Shown: one piece after another, positions 8,856-19,900 of the stretch
Position numbering within the stretch: the first letter of the stretch is position 1
Layout: each line of letters begins with the position of its first letter
Assembly (NCBI GenBank): GCA_965250285.1
Contig: OZ252299.1
Location: forward strand, 576,001-640,000
DNA: 64,000 bases
From: Myxococcota bacterium
GTDB lineage: Bacteria; Myxococcota_A; UBA9160; UBA4427
Direction of reading: 5' to 3'
Translations under genes and position numbers: made by a program
Notes under the pieces: model-generated
Seen by the model: the letters and a program-made list of their open reading frames with translations, nothing else
What the model was told of the DNA's origin: nothing
The model's database searches: none

Positions 8856-9872
8856 CTACGCCGTGCATACGAAGTCGATGCCGTCTCGGTAACGCGCTCG
8901 TTGCAGCCATTCGCGAATGCGCGCGCGCGGCTCGGCGCCCGCGACAGCGACCACGATCCGAGGTCGAGAGAGCTTCTGGAGGCCTTCTGGGGCCATCACG
9001 GGCGCGCCGTGGATCTCGCGGCCGATGCGTCGCGGGTGCAGCTCGACGATGTGCGAAGGCGCGAGATCGTGTGCGAGCAGCGCCTTCCGCATCGACCGCG
9101 CCGTCGGTCCATAGCCCCAGAGCACGTAGCTCGACGCACCGTCGAGGAACGACGCCGCGAGATGCGCCGCCTTGCACGCGGTAAAGCGAGTGAGCGCGTA
9201 GCTCGCATGCGTGCGCGAGAGTCGTTCGGGATGGTCGCGCCAGCCGAGCAGCCGTTCGGGCACGACGGCGACCCGCTCCCCTCCGGTCACGAGCCGCAGC
9301 AAGAGGTCGAAGTCTTCGGGCCAGCCGGCTTCGCGGTAGCCGAAGCGCGACAGCGCTTCGCGTCGAATGGCGAGGGTCGGGTGTGCGACGGGGCACTCGA
9401 CGAAGACGTCCCGCGCCACCGACTCGGCCGACGACAGCGAGTTGAGCCAACGCTCGTAGCTGCGGCGACCGTCGGTCAGCTTCGTTCGTGGGAAGATGCG
9501 GACGTGGGATCCGACCGCCGCGAGACCCGGATCGGACGCGAGCACCTCGAGCTGTCGAGCGAGGCGGCGACGATGCATCCAGTCGTCGGCGTCCATCCGC
9601 GCGACCACCGGCGCGCGGCAAGCCGCGCGACCCCGTTCGAGCGCGGCGACCAGGCCCCGCCCTTCGCCTCGGATCACCCGGATGCGCCCGTCTCGCTCCG
9701 CTGCGCGCGCGAGCATCGCCGGCGTCGCGTCGCTCGACGCGTCGTCCACGGCGATGCACTCCCAGCCGGGCTCGGTCTGTCGAGCCAGGCTCGCGAGGCA
9801 CGTGCCGAGCGTCTTCTCGGCGTTGCGAGCGGGCAGCAGGACCGAGACGCGGGGGGTCGCCGGGGCGCTCAC
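8856..9872 (-). CDS. Glycosyltransferase family 2
   Basis: VSVLLPARN, VDDASSD, ARMDADD, AHPT, EDFDL; likely GTG start 9872. Confidence 0.9.
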   Translation of the reverse strand: MSAPATPRVSVLLPARNAEKTLGTCLASLARQTEPGWECIAVDDASSDATPAMLARAAERDGRIRVIRGEGRGLVAALERGRAACRAPVVARMDADDWMHRRRLARQLEVLASDPGLAAVGSHVRIFPRTKLTDGRRSYERWLNSLSSAESVARDVFVECPVAHPTLAIRREALSRFGYREAGWPEDFDLLLRLVTGGERVAVVPERLLGWRDHPERLSRTHASYALTRFTACKAAHLAASFLDGASSYVLWGYGPTARSMRKALLAHDLAPSHIVELHPRRIGREIHGAPVMAPEGLQKLSRPRIVVAVAGAEPRARIREWLQRARYRDGIDFVCTA

Positions 9873-10119
9873 CGCTTCGACCTCGGTCGGCGGGGCGCGG
9901 ACGGGGGCGTGGGCAGAGGCGTGCGCGGAGGTGCGGGCTCGGGGTGCGGGCGCGTCACCGGGGTGTGTCCTCCTTTCGGGCCGAGCGTGGTTTGGATTCG
10001 AGTCCAATCGACGCCCCGTTGCACATGGAGCAGATCACGAAGATGTGTCACAGGCCTTGGCTCGGCCCCCGTTGGCTCCTTAGTATACGAAGCGGCCTCG
10101 GGCCGAAGGAGTCGAAGCG

Positions 10120-10707
10120 CTGGACATCGAGCTCGAACAGATCGCCGAACGCGTGCGGCGCTTTCGGACCGACGACGGGCTCACGCTGCAGGATCTCGGC
10201 GAGCGCGCCGGCGTGTCCGCGAGCACGATCCACAAGATCGAGAACGGCCAGACGATCCCGACCATCTCGGTGCTCCTCAAGGTCGCCAGTGGTCTGCGTC
10301 GACCGCCGGCCGAGCTGTTCGAGGGAGCGGCGCCGCAGGCGGCTGCGCGCCGCGTGCGTGCCGACGACGCCATCTCGTTCGATGTTCGCAAGGGCACGCG
10401 GGTCGACCGCATCACCGGCGGCATCCCGCGCGCACGCATCGACCTGTGGCGCGTGATTCACGAGCCCGGGGGTGGGGCCGGCGACGAGCGACCGCTCAGC
10501 TACGACGGCGAGCTCGTCATCCTCGTCGAGCACGGCACCCTCGAAGTCGAGGTCGGGGAAGAGCGCTTCGAGCTCGAAGCGGGCGACACCCTCCACTTCG
10601 ACACGAGCCAACCCCACCGGTGGCGCAACGCGGGCGGAGCGCCGACGAGCGCGCTCTTCTTCGGCACGTCGACGAGCCGGTCGGTGGCTGCGCAGGCGGC
10701 GCCCTAG
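10120..10707 (+). CDS. XRE-family HTH regulator with C-terminal cupin
   Basis: LTLQDLGERAGVSASTIHKIENGQTIPTISVL; LEAGDTLHFDTSQPHRWRN; probable CTG start after AAGGAG. Confidence 0.88.
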   Translation: MDIELEQIAERVRRFRTDDGLTLQDLGERAGVSASTIHKIENGQTIPTISVLLKVASGLRRPPAELFEGAAPQAAARRVRADDAISFDVRKGTRVDRITGGIPRARIDLWRVIHEPGGGAGDERPLSYDGELVILVEHGTLEVEVGEERFELEAGDTLHFDTSQPHRWRNAGGAPTSALFFGTSTSRSVAAQAAP

Positions 10708-10720
10708 CGCGACGGCCTCG

Positions 10721-12760
10721 TCAGTCTGCGTAGATGGGGCTCGACCAGGCCGCCTGGCCATCGCGCTGAACCACCCGCACGTAGTGGTACTCGCCGCGAC
10801 CGAGCCGCGGCAGCTCGCGCTCGTGGGTGACCTCGAGCTGGTCGGGCTCGACCGGGATCGTGGCCACGCGACCGCTGCGGACGAGGTCGATGCGCTCGAT
10901 CGGCGCCGTGCCCGCGACCTCGACCCGCAGACGCTGCAGGGGCGCGGCATCATCGCCAGCGGCTGGCAGCACCGTGCCCATGGGCTGCCCGTCGATCTCG
11001 ACGTGGAGCCAGATGCGGTGGCCGTTCGTCGCATAGGTGCGTCGTGCGCGCAGCGCGTCCTGCACTCCGGCGCGGGTCTTTTCTTCTGTGAGCAGCGCGG
11101 CGAGCCCGCCGCTGCCGCCGGGAGAGGCGAGGTGCGTGAGGCCGGGATGCCCGTCGTGGCTGTCGCCGCTGCCGATGAACCCGAAGCGGATCCCCGCCTG
11201 CAGCACGTCGCGCACCGTGTTGCCGTTCACCGGCGAGTAGATGCGGCCCGGCGTGTCGGCCGCTTCGCTGCTGCCGTGGACCGATACCACCTCGGTCACG
11301 GGCTCGAGCACGGGGTCGGCGCCGTAGGCCCAGTTGGTGCTGACGGGGCCGCCCGCCGAGTGATGCGCGAAGGTCATCGCGGGCAGGCCCCGCAGGCCGT
11401 CCCACAGCTGGGCGGGCGAGGTGTAGGCGGGATCCATGCTCGACAGCACCGGGCCGTCGTCGTCGAAGTAGAGCACGTGCCGGTGGCCGTGCAGCCAGCT
11501 CGTCCACTCGTAGCCGAGCACGGTCACGAACTCGCCCGGGTCGTGGTGCGCAGCGACCGTGCGCTTGATCTCGTCCCACATGTCGGGGTGCTCATCGAGG
11601 AAGCGCAGGCCCCAGTGGTCGTGGTCGGTCAGCGCCGCCACGTCGAGCCGTGCGACGTCGCGCGCGTACGCGAAGTAGTCGTCGGGCGTGCCGGTGCCAT
11701 CGGAGAGCTGGGAGTGGCCGTGCAGATCGGCCCAACGCACCCGCGGCGTCGTCGGGTGGATGATGATCGGGTTTGAGACCCCGCCGATCCCGTCCAGCTC
11801 GGCTCCGCCCGTCACGGTCACCCGCAAGACGCCCGCCGTCTCGGGCGCGACGAGAGCGACCTGCGCGCCCGCCGACTCGCCGGCGGCGATGGTCGTTCGG
11901 GCTGGGAGCCCTTCGAGATCGGGCGGCGACGCGTCGCTGGCCCGGGCAAGCGACCACGAGAGCGCCCCCGGACCGGTCAGACCCGCATTGCCGATCGCGT
12001 CGACGACGTGCGCGTGCGCTTCGAACGGCTCGCCGGGCCGCACGACGGTGGGCGCCGTCACCACGATGCGGGCGGGGGGGCCCGGTCCCACGTCGACCCG
12101 CGCGCCGATCGGCACGAGCTTTCGGAAGCCGTCGCCATCCCCGTCGACCGCGACGGAGATCTCGGCGCCGCGTTCGCGGTAGCGATCGACGAGCGCCCCC
12201 GCCGGTCCGGCGCCGTAGACGAAGTCGATGGCCTCGCCTTCTTCGAGGGCGCGACCGCGGATCGTGACTGCGATGACCGACTCGAAGGTCTGGGTGTCGA
12301 GCTCGACGCCCTCGGCGTCGGTGGAGACCTCGGTGTAGCCCGAGCGGGTCGGGGCGAACGTGTGCGGAGGCGACCAGTCCCAGAAGGGCGAGGGCTGCAG
12401 GAACACCATGCCGCCCTCGGCCACGCCGAGGGGGCCGGCGACGTATCGCAGCTCGAAGCGCGCGGGCCGTCCGGCCGTGATCGCCCCGGGGCCGTCGAGC
12501 GAGATGGCGCTCGCGAGCTCGACGCGACCGCCGCCGTCGGACGGGTCAGGCACCTGCGCGAGGCCGTCGCGAAGCATCTCGAAGGTGCCGACCTTCGCAT
12601 CGGCCGAGAGGATGTCGTCGGGCCGAAAGCGCGGCGCAGTGTCAGCGAGCCCGGAAGGCTCTGGGCGTGCTGCGTCGGTCGCTTCGCGGCCGGGCGGGTC
12701 GACCGGGTCGGAGCACCCGGCGACCGACGCGAGGCACGCGGCGATCGCCAGCCCGCGCAT
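10721..12760 (-). CDS. PHP-domain metallohydrolase lipoprotein (DUF3604/CehA-McbA-like)
   Basis: DLHGHSQLSDG, TDHDH, GYEWT, GHRHV, GSGDSHDGHPG, RRTYATNG; lipobox-like VAGC; start uncertain (12760 or 12811). Confidence 0.8.
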   Translation of the reverse strand: MRGLAIAACLASVAGCSDPVDPPGREATDAARPEPSGLADTAPRFRPDDILSADAKVGTFEMLRDGLAQVPDPSDGGGRVELASAISLDGPGAITAGRPARFELRYVAGPLGVAEGGMVFLQPSPFWDWSPPHTFAPTRSGYTEVSTDAEGVELDTQTFESVIAVTIRGRALEEGEAIDFVYGAGPAGALVDRYRERGAEISVAVDGDGDGFRKLVPIGARVDVGPGPPARIVVTAPTVVRPGEPFEAHAHVVDAIGNAGLTGPGALSWSLARASDASPPDLEGLPARTTIAAGESAGAQVALVAPETAGVLRVTVTGGAELDGIGGVSNPIIIHPTTPRVRWADLHGHSQLSDGTGTPDDYFAYARDVARLDVAALTDHDHWGLRFLDEHPDMWDEIKRTVAAHHDPGEFVTVLGYEWTSWLHGHRHVLYFDDDGPVLSSMDPAYTSPAQLWDGLRGLPAMTFAHHSAGGPVSTNWAYGADPVLEPVTEVVSVHGSSEAADTPGRIYSPVNGNTVRDVLQAGIRFGFIGSGDSHDGHPGLTHLASPGGSGGLAALLTEEKTRAGVQDALRARRTYATNGHRIWLHVEIDGQPMGTVLPAAGDDAAPLQRLRVEVAGTAPIERIDLVRSGRVATIPVEPDQLEVTHERELPRLGRGEYHYVRVVQRDGQAAWSSPIYAD

Positions 12761-13134
12761 GCTTCGCGCAGCGGCGCGGGCGACGAGGCTTTGAACGGGC
12801 GCGCGCGACATCCGCGCGAGGGGTAGCACATATCCCCCGAGGGAATCCCGCGCACGCCCTGCGCGAGGCCGCCGAGCGCCGCCCGACCCCGAATCCACTT
12901 CAGCCACGGGTGCTTTCTTCCGTTGTTTCCCAGGCGTGCAGTCGCGTTGCGGGGCCTGCTCGACTCGCCGTCGATCGACGGGACGACCACGGCAGGCGAC
13001 CCGCTGGCTGCCGGTGTCGTCGTGACACAGGGCCCACTTCGGGACCGGCGCGGCGGTGGGGATCGGGTGCGCGGACGAGCGCAGCGCCTCGCAAGCGGCG
13101 AGGGGCTCGGCTCGTGTCGAGGGGTGCGGAACAA

Positions 13135-16065
13135 GTGGACATCAAGGACGGCCTGCTCGGCAAGGTGCCCTTCGTCACGATCCTGGTCGCGATCGCGATG
13201 TCTGCGACGTTCGTGGCGTCTCAGCTCGGCGGTGGCGACGAGCGTGGGCAGTACGAAGAGCTGCTTCTGCGCACCCAGGTCTTCTACGAGCGCAACCCCG
13301 GCATCGAGCTCAACGCGCGCAGCCGAAATCTGCTCGGCGCCGACTTCGTCTCGCGGGTGCAGGCCGAGCAAGCCGGCGCGCACGACAAGCCGACCTTCTC
13401 GAAGCGCATGCGAGACCGCACCCAGGCCAAGTTCGACCGCGCCGTCGATCAGGCGCTCGAAGCCCGCGTGCTCGAAGATCCCGCCTGGAGCGAGGGCATC
13501 ACCGGCCCGGACGTCCCGGCCACGCGATACCTGACGTATGCGCTCTTTCATGCGAGCTGGCTCGCCTTCGGTGTGACGCTCGCCTTCCTGCTCGTCGCTG
13601 GCCTCGGCCTCGAGACCTCGTGGGGCGCGATCGTCCAGGCACCGCTCGTCGTGCTCGCGATCTTCGTCAGCGGTCTCGTCTTCGCGCACGTCGACGCCGC
13701 GGCGCAGATGCCGCTCACGGGCGGTGGGCCGCTCGTCGCCGCGCTGCTTGCGGCGTATCTGGTTCGCGGCTTCGGTGGCCAGATGCCGCTGCCTGGCGTG
13801 CTGCTGCTGCCGGCCTGGCTCTTCGTCGACGCGCTCTTCGTGCGCAGCATCTGGATCGACAACGTCGGCGACTGGCCGATCGCGACGCTCGGCGTCGCGA
13901 TGGCGCTGGGCGCCGGCATCGCCGGGGGCGTGAAGCTGATGGGGCTCGACGCCCGGCTCGTCGACACGGTCGACAGCCTCGCCGATGGCCGGCATCCCGC
14001 GCTCGAGGCGGCCGCTCGTTCGAAGAACCTCGGCCGTCCCCAGGACGCATTCGATGCGCTGCTGGCCGCGGCCGAAGAGGAGCCGGGTCACGTCGAGGTG
14101 ACGCTCGCGCTCTTCGAGGTCGCGATCGAGATCGGGCGCGCCGCCGACGTCGCGCCCCGGATCGTGCCGATCATTCAGAGCGAGCTGCGCGCCGGCGACG
14201 TCGAGACGGCGACCACCCATTGGCGCCAGGTCATGGCGAGCGGGGCGGCGGTCGACGCCAAGCCGACGCTGCTCGTCCGGATGGGCGAGGCGCTGCTCGA
14301 CTCGGGCGAACCCGAGCAGGCGCTCGACACCCTGCGGCAGGCGCTCGATGCGCCCGGCCAGATGGGGTCGGCGCTCGCGCAGCGCATCGTCCGCATCGCA
14401 CGCGACCTCGATCCCGTCTTGACCTCACGCGCGGCCGAGGCGGCGCTGCAGGATCCCCAGATCGAAGCCGACACCCGCGCCGCGCTCGAGGCGCTGGCCG
14501 GGGCGAGCGGGGCGGGGGCCTCGAGCTGGCAGCCCGCTTCGGGTGCGTCCGCGCCTGCCGCGGCCGAAGCCCCTGCGCCGCGGACCGCCGCGGGCGGAGA
14601 GATCGATGCCGACCTCGGCGAAGCCGTACCCGACGCTGCCCACGGTCTCGGAGGGCCTGGGCTCGACGAGATCGGTGGCGCCGACGATGGCGACATCGAC
14701 CTCAGCCATGTCGGCGATCTCGCGTCGCCGGAAGACTTCGCCGAGCTCGACTCGGGGGCCGCGGGCCTGCCGCCCATGGGCAGCGACGCCGAGGGCGAGC
14801 ACGATCCCAACGCGCTCTCGATCCACAGCATCGAGCGCGAGCTCGCAGGCGGACTCGACGACGATGCGACGCCGGCCGACGTGCTGGGGGGGGCGACCGG
14901 CAGCGCGTTCGGTGAGACGCCGGCGGGGCTGCTCGGTGGCGACGACACGGCCCCAGCCGATCTCTCGGCGGGCGATCCCGAATCGTGGAACGATCCGGGT
15001 CGGGTCGAGGATCTCTCGAGCGAGCTCGAGAGCGACGGCCCGGCGCTGATGAGCGAGGGGGACCTCGATCAGCCGAGGGTCGACAACTCGTTCCTCGAAG
15101 CGGGCGCGCTGAGCGCCGATGCCCTTTCGTCCGAGCCGGGAGCCGGTGTCGAACCTCGTTCGGGCGCACTCGACGAACTCGACGACTCGCTCTCCGGGGG
15201 GCTCGACGAGCTCGGCGGCTCGCTCTCGCAGGGACTCGACGATCTCGGCGGCTCGCTTTCAGAGGGTCTCGACGACCTCGGCGGTGCAGCACCCCTCGGC
15301 GACCTCCCGGCCAGCGCGGCGAGCGACGCGACCGATCCCCTCGCCATGCCCGATGCGCTCGAGACCGAGCCGCTCGGCGAGCCGACCTCACTTGCCGACC
15401 CCGGCCCTCCGCTCGATACGGGCGAAGAACCCCAGACGCCGCCGACCGAGCCGCTGCTCGAACGCGATCTGATGGAGGCCCAGGTCGAACAGGCCCGCGC
15501 CGCAGCGCTCCCGCCCATCGTGTCTTCGAGCGAGTCGCCGGCGCCGGCTTCTGGGCAAGCACCCGCGACGCCGGCCGCGTCGGTGCCCGAGACGCAGCGG
15601 GCGACCGTGGTCGATGGTCTCGACGCGGCTGGGCCTGGCGCGACGAGCCGGGCGCTCAAGGTGCTCGACGCCGTGCCGCTCGCCCTCGAGCCCGAGGCGA
15701 TGAAGTTCGATGTGGAGGGACGCGGCAAGACGCGGCTGCCCTTCGATCGTATCGACGCCGTGGCCGTCGCCGCGGTGTCGGGACTCTCGGCCAAGCCCGT
15801 GCTGGTGATCGACTTCGTCCTCAACTGGAGCGCGGGCGCCGACGAGCCGCTCAAGGCGATCCGCATTCGAAGTGATCGCTTCAACCCGACCGCCGTCGTC
15901 GGCGCGGGCGAGCCGCCGCTCGAGTCGATCAAGACCCTGATCCGCCGCGTGCTCGATGGTGCTCAGGCGACGCCGTTGCCCGACGTCGGCGCGGTCATGG
16001 GCGCACCCTTCTCGACGCAGGCCGATCTCGCAGCGTACGAGCGCGACGTGTTGCAGGCGGGCTGA
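13135..16065 (+). CDS. Rhomboid-like membrane protein (catalytic residues missing) with TPR-like region and long acidic disordered linker
   Basis: PFVT, TYALFHASW, G-LE-SWG rhomboid landmarks; GGGP in place of GASG; TPR-like helices; D/E/G/P-rich tract; GTG start 13135. Confidence 0.65.
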   Translation: MDIKDGLLGKVPFVTILVAIAMSATFVASQLGGGDERGQYEELLLRTQVFYERNPGIELNARSRNLLGADFVSRVQAEQAGAHDKPTFSKRMRDRTQAKFDRAVDQALEARVLEDPAWSEGITGPDVPATRYLTYALFHASWLAFGVTLAFLLVAGLGLETSWGAIVQAPLVVLAIFVSGLVFAHVDAAAQMPLTGGGPLVAALLAAYLVRGFGGQMPLPGVLLLPAWLFVDALFVRSIWIDNVGDWPIATLGVAMALGAGIAGGVKLMGLDARLVDTVDSLADGRHPALEAAARSKNLGRPQDAFDALLAAAEEEPGHVEVTLALFEVAIEIGRAADVAPRIVPIIQSELRAGDVETATTHWRQVMASGAAVDAKPTLLVRMGEALLDSGEPEQALDTLRQALDAPGQMGSALAQRIVRIARDLDPVLTSRAAEAALQDPQIEADTRAALEALAGASGAGASSWQPASGASAPAAAEAPAPRTAAGGEIDADLGEAVPDAAHGLGGPGLDEIGGADDGDIDLSHVGDLASPEDFAELDSGAAGLPPMGSDAEGEHDPNALSIHSIERELAGGLDDDATPADVLGGATGSAFGETPAGLLGGDDTAPADLSAGDPESWNDPGRVEDLSSELESDGPALMSEGDLDQPRVDNSFLEAGALSADALSSEPGAGVEPRSGALDELDDSLSGGLDELGGSLSQGLDDLGGSLSEGLDDLGGAAPLGDLPASAASDATDPLAMPDALETEPLGEPTSLADPGPPLDTGEEPQTPPTEPLLERDLMEAQVEQARAAALPPIVSSSESPAPASGQAPATPAASVPETQRATVVDGLDAAGPGATSRALKVLDAVPLALEPEAMKFDVEGRGKTRLPFDRIDAVAVAAVSGLSAKPVLVIDFVLNWSAGADEPLKAIRIRSDRFNPTAVVGAGEPPLESIKTLIRRVLDGAQATPLPDVGAVMGAPFSTQADLAAYERDVLQAG
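15169..15285 (+). repeat. In-frame 33-bp tandem repeat (LD[ED]LxxSLSxG x3.5)
   Basis: LDELDDSLSGG LDELGGSLSQG LDDLGGSLSEG LDDLGG. Confidence 0.9.
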
Positions 16066-16095
16066 CGCGGGCGCTCCGAGACCCCGCGCGCGACG

Positions 16096-16644
16096 TCAGG
16101 CCTTCACGGCCCCCGGTAGCCCGTCGATGCTCGACGCGTTCTTCTCGTAGACCCGCTCGATGTGCTCTTGCTGGGTGCGCTGCGCGCAGTGGTCGACGAG
16201 TCGCTCGCGCTGGCCCTCGTACGCGTAGAGCGGGACGCCCCAGCCGCACGAATCCTGAACACGATCGAGCTCGACCTCGATGATGCCCCGCACGGGCACG
16301 TCGATCTGGCCGACTTTGTCGCGCAGCGCCTCGAACCCCGGCTCACCGAAGAGATGGGCGTGGCCGCGGCCGTAGAGCCGCAGGATGAGCGGCTTGCCTT
16401 CGAACGCGCAGAACATCACGCAGATGCGTCCATTCTCGTTCACGTGGGCGTGGGTCTCGATGCCGCTGCCGCCGAGGTCGACGTAGGCGACGCGCTTCGA
16501 GTCGAGGACGGCGAACGTGTCGAGGCCCTTCGGCGACAGGTTCACGTTGCCGTCTTCGGCGAGCGGCGCCGTGGCGACGAAGAACATGTGCTGCGCGTCG
16601 ATGAACGCGCGGTGTCGATCGCTCAGCTCGTCATAGACCTTCAT
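16096..16644 (-). CDS. Pyridoxamine 5'-phosphate oxidase family FMN-binding protein
   Basis: FFVATAP, NLSPKG, GSGIET, ENGRICVMFCAFEG.P.ILRLYGRG, SCGWGVP. Confidence 0.88.
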   Translation of the reverse strand: MKVYDELSDRHRAFIDAQHMFFVATAPLAEDGNVNLSPKGLDTFAVLDSKRVAYVDLGGSGIETHAHVNENGRICVMFCAFEGKPLILRLYGRGHAHLFGEPGFEALRDKVGQIDVPVRGIIEVELDRVQDSCGWGVPLYAYEGQRERLVDHCAQRTQQEHIERVYEKNASSIDGLPGAVKA

Positions 16645-16818
16645 GAGGGGACAGACCTCCCAAGGGCGTCGGCTTCGTGGCCGGCGGCGCGGGCGCGCGG
16701 ACGATCAGCGTAGCAGTCGCGTTCCGACCGGCGCGCCGGGCCGACGTGGCCGGCCATTCACGCGCGTGCCCGACGTTGCACGTGCCGTCGTCTTCCGCGC
16801 CTCCGCAGCGCGCAAGCG

Positions 16819-16834
16819 CGGAACGTCGCTTGCA
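16819..16834 (+). promoter_or_regulatory. Putative sigma54 promoter of the RHS gene
   Basis: CGGAACG-TCGC-TTGCA: invariant GG-N10-GC with perfect -12 element, ~80 bp upstream of ATG 16912. Confidence 0.55.
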
Positions 16835-16911
16835 CTCTCGTCCGTCTGGTCCCATCGCGTGCACGCCGCGTCCGCTGGTCGCGTCGGGGTCGTGCGCATG
16901 GAGGGATCTTC

Positions 16912-19900
16912 ATGCCTCGAAGGTCTTCGTTCGGTCGAGCCGTGCTCGGCGTGTGGGTCGTGGGTGTCTGCCTGATCGCGGGCATCGGTTGCCAGGGGTC
17001 GTCGCCCGAACCCAGGCCCGGGCTCGTCGAGTCCGAGCGCAACGCCGTCGAGCGGATCGGCGACGTGCGCGTGCACCTGGCGCACGGCAACGTGTCGAGC
17101 GATCGCGTCGACCTGGTGCTCGACACCCGCGTCGCGCCGCTGGTCGTCGGGGCGGTGTTCAACTCGGCCACGGGGCACTGGGCGTGGCGTCACGACATGC
17201 GCCTGGCCGGCGGCGTGTTCTTCGACGACTCGGGGGCGGAGCTCGACGTCGGGGCGGTCGTCGACGGTGCGGCGATCCCGGGCACGCACTGGGTGCGGGT
17301 CGACGAGACCCGGATCAAGACGAAGGGCGGGTTGGTTCACCGATTCGACCCGATCACGGGTCGCCTCGTCGAGGTGCACTGGTCGGATGGGTCGTACCCC
17401 GCGCTTCGCTACGTCGCCGATCCCTCGGTGCCGGGGCGCCTCGACCGCATCGAACAATGTGTCTCGGCTGCGAGCTGCAGCGTGCAGCTGACCATCGAGT
17501 ACGACGCGGCCGGTTGCGTGCTCGCGGTGGTCGATCGCGCCGGACGCACGGCCGACTATCTGCACGAGCGACTCGGTGCGACCTGTCGCCCGTTGGTCGC
17601 GCGCGATCCCTTCGACGTCGAGCGAGACCTGCCCGGTCGCCGGTACGCGTACGGCGTGGCGGGCCGGCTGCGCGCGATCGTCAACTCAGAGGATGAGCGC
17701 ATCGAGCTCGACTGGTCGGGCGACAACATCGCCCGCGTGCGGCGCGTCGGTCACGGCGATCCCGAAGTGCGCTTCGGCTTCGTCGTCGATGTCGGCGGCC
17801 GCCGCACGGTGGCGGTCAAGACGACGGCGTCGGGCGCCGTCTGGGTGTATGAGTTCGACGCCGAGCAACGGCTCTCGAGGATGCGCTCGCCCGAAGGCGA
17901 TGTGGTCACACAGACCTGGTCGGGACGTCGTCCGACGTCGCGCACGGACGCATCCGGGCGTGTGTGGCGATACGACTGGGTCGACGACGACCTCGTGCGC
18001 GTCGAGCAGCCGTCGGGCGCCGCCGAGGTTCGGGTGTACGCGCCCGGCGCGGTCGACCGCCGTCACCCCGAGCGTCGGCCCGTGCTGCTGGTGACCGACG
18101 ACCTCGGCACCCGGCAGGTGCGGTCGTTCGACGCTTCGGGGCGCATGATCTCGAGTCGCAACGGGGCCGGGGACACGACGCATTTCGAGTGGGACGCGCT
18201 CGGTCAGCTCGCCCGCGCGACGCTGCCCGACGGCGTCGTGATCGAGTACCACGACTATGGCGAGCACGGCCACGCCGCGCGCGTCGTGCGGGGCGAGGTC
18301 GAAGAGGTTCGCCTCTTCGATGCGGTCGGGAACCTCGAGAAGGGCGCTTCGGTCCAGGGTGAGCTCGGGCCGGGTCGCCCCGGCCTCGTGCGGCGCCGCT
18401 TCGACGCCGATCGCAACGTCGCCGAGGTCGTGACGGTGGAGACGGCGCTCGATGATCTGACGATCGCCTACCGCTCGACGACGATCACTCGACGGAGCGA
18501 TGGGCGTGCGCTGCACATCGCGCGTCCCTATGGCGGAGACGAGTGGTTCGAGTACGACGCGCACGGCCGGCTGATCGAGCGTCGCGAGCGGGTCGACGGA
18601 GTCGACCGCGTGACGTCGATCGAGTTCGACATCGACGCTCGACCGAAGCGGTCGGTGTTGCCGAACGGCATGAAGACCGAGGTCGACTGGGACCGCGACG
18701 GGCGGCTCGTTCGCATCGAGCACACTCGGCCCGGGACGATCTGGCAGTGGGTCACGTTGACCTACGCGCAGGGTCGGGTGGTCGAGATCGGTGACTCGGC
18801 CTACGCCACACCCGAATCGATCGCGCACGACGTCGACGGCCGCGTGCAGCGCATCGACCACGCTTCGGGCGGGCGCTCCGAGCTCGAGTACGACGCGCGG
18901 GGTCGCGAGGTCGCCCGGCGCATCATCGACCCGACGACGGGCGGCGTGGCCTTCGAAGCACGACGCAGCTACGACGGGGCCGACCGGCTCGTGTCGACCT
19001 GGATCGACGGCGAGCTGTTGATCGAGCGCGAGCGTGTCGACGGTCGTCCGAGCGCGGTCCGATACGGCAACGGGCTCACGCGCACGTTCGCCTACCACCC
19101 CGCGACCGGGGAATTGATCGAGTCGCGCACGCAGGACGCCGCCGGCGTTTCGGTCGAGCGCACCGATCTCGTTCGCGATGCCGGCTACGAGCGGCTCGAT
19201 GTCACCGTCACCAGTCGAATCCTGCTCGCCGGGCCTCCCGGTGGCGCGCCGATCTGGCACCGCGCCCTCGAGGTGCATCGCCTTCGCTGGGGTCCGACGG
19301 CGTACGACGGCTTTCCCACGCCGGGTCCGTGGCTGCGCATGTCGAGCCAGAACGACATCCTCGAGACCCCGGTGGCAGATCGCGTGCGCTTCGATGCGCT
19401 CGGCAATCTCGACGCGTTCCAGCCCCGCGGCGGTCCGGCGACCGAGTTCACGATGAACGCGGAGCGCAATCGCCTGCTCGCAGGGGGCTTCGACGCCACG
19501 CGCACCTACGCGACCGACGAGGCGGGCTTCGTCGTGTCGCGAGATGGCGTCGCACTCGGTTGGACCGCGGGGGGGCGACTCGCCTCGATCGGTGCGTCGG
19601 TCTCGCTCGCGTGGGACGCGCGCAATCGCCTGCGATCGCGCACGATCGACGGCGTGACCACGCGTTTCGGCTACGGCGGGCGCGTCGAGGTCGATGCGGT
19701 CGGGCGACCGATCGCCGCCGAGATCGACGGGGTCGGGGTCGCGCTGGGCAGTGGCGCACGCCGGTATCGCCACCACGACGATCGCGGCAACGTGCTCTTC
19801 GTGAGCGATGAACAGGCGGCGGTCGTACGTCGCCACGTGTACGCGGGCTTCGGTGAGCGGGCCGTGTTCGACCGCGACGGGACGGAGCGCGCGCCCGGAT

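Noticed and set aside
12667..13134. N-terminal extension of the 1132-aa ORF call
   Set aside because: Arg-rich low-information sequence overlapping the divergent gene; GTG 13135 fits the rhomboid-like start better
13135..14000. Rhombosortase acting on the RHS tail
   Set aside because: Catalytic Ser and His appear absent, so it cannot be the processing protease
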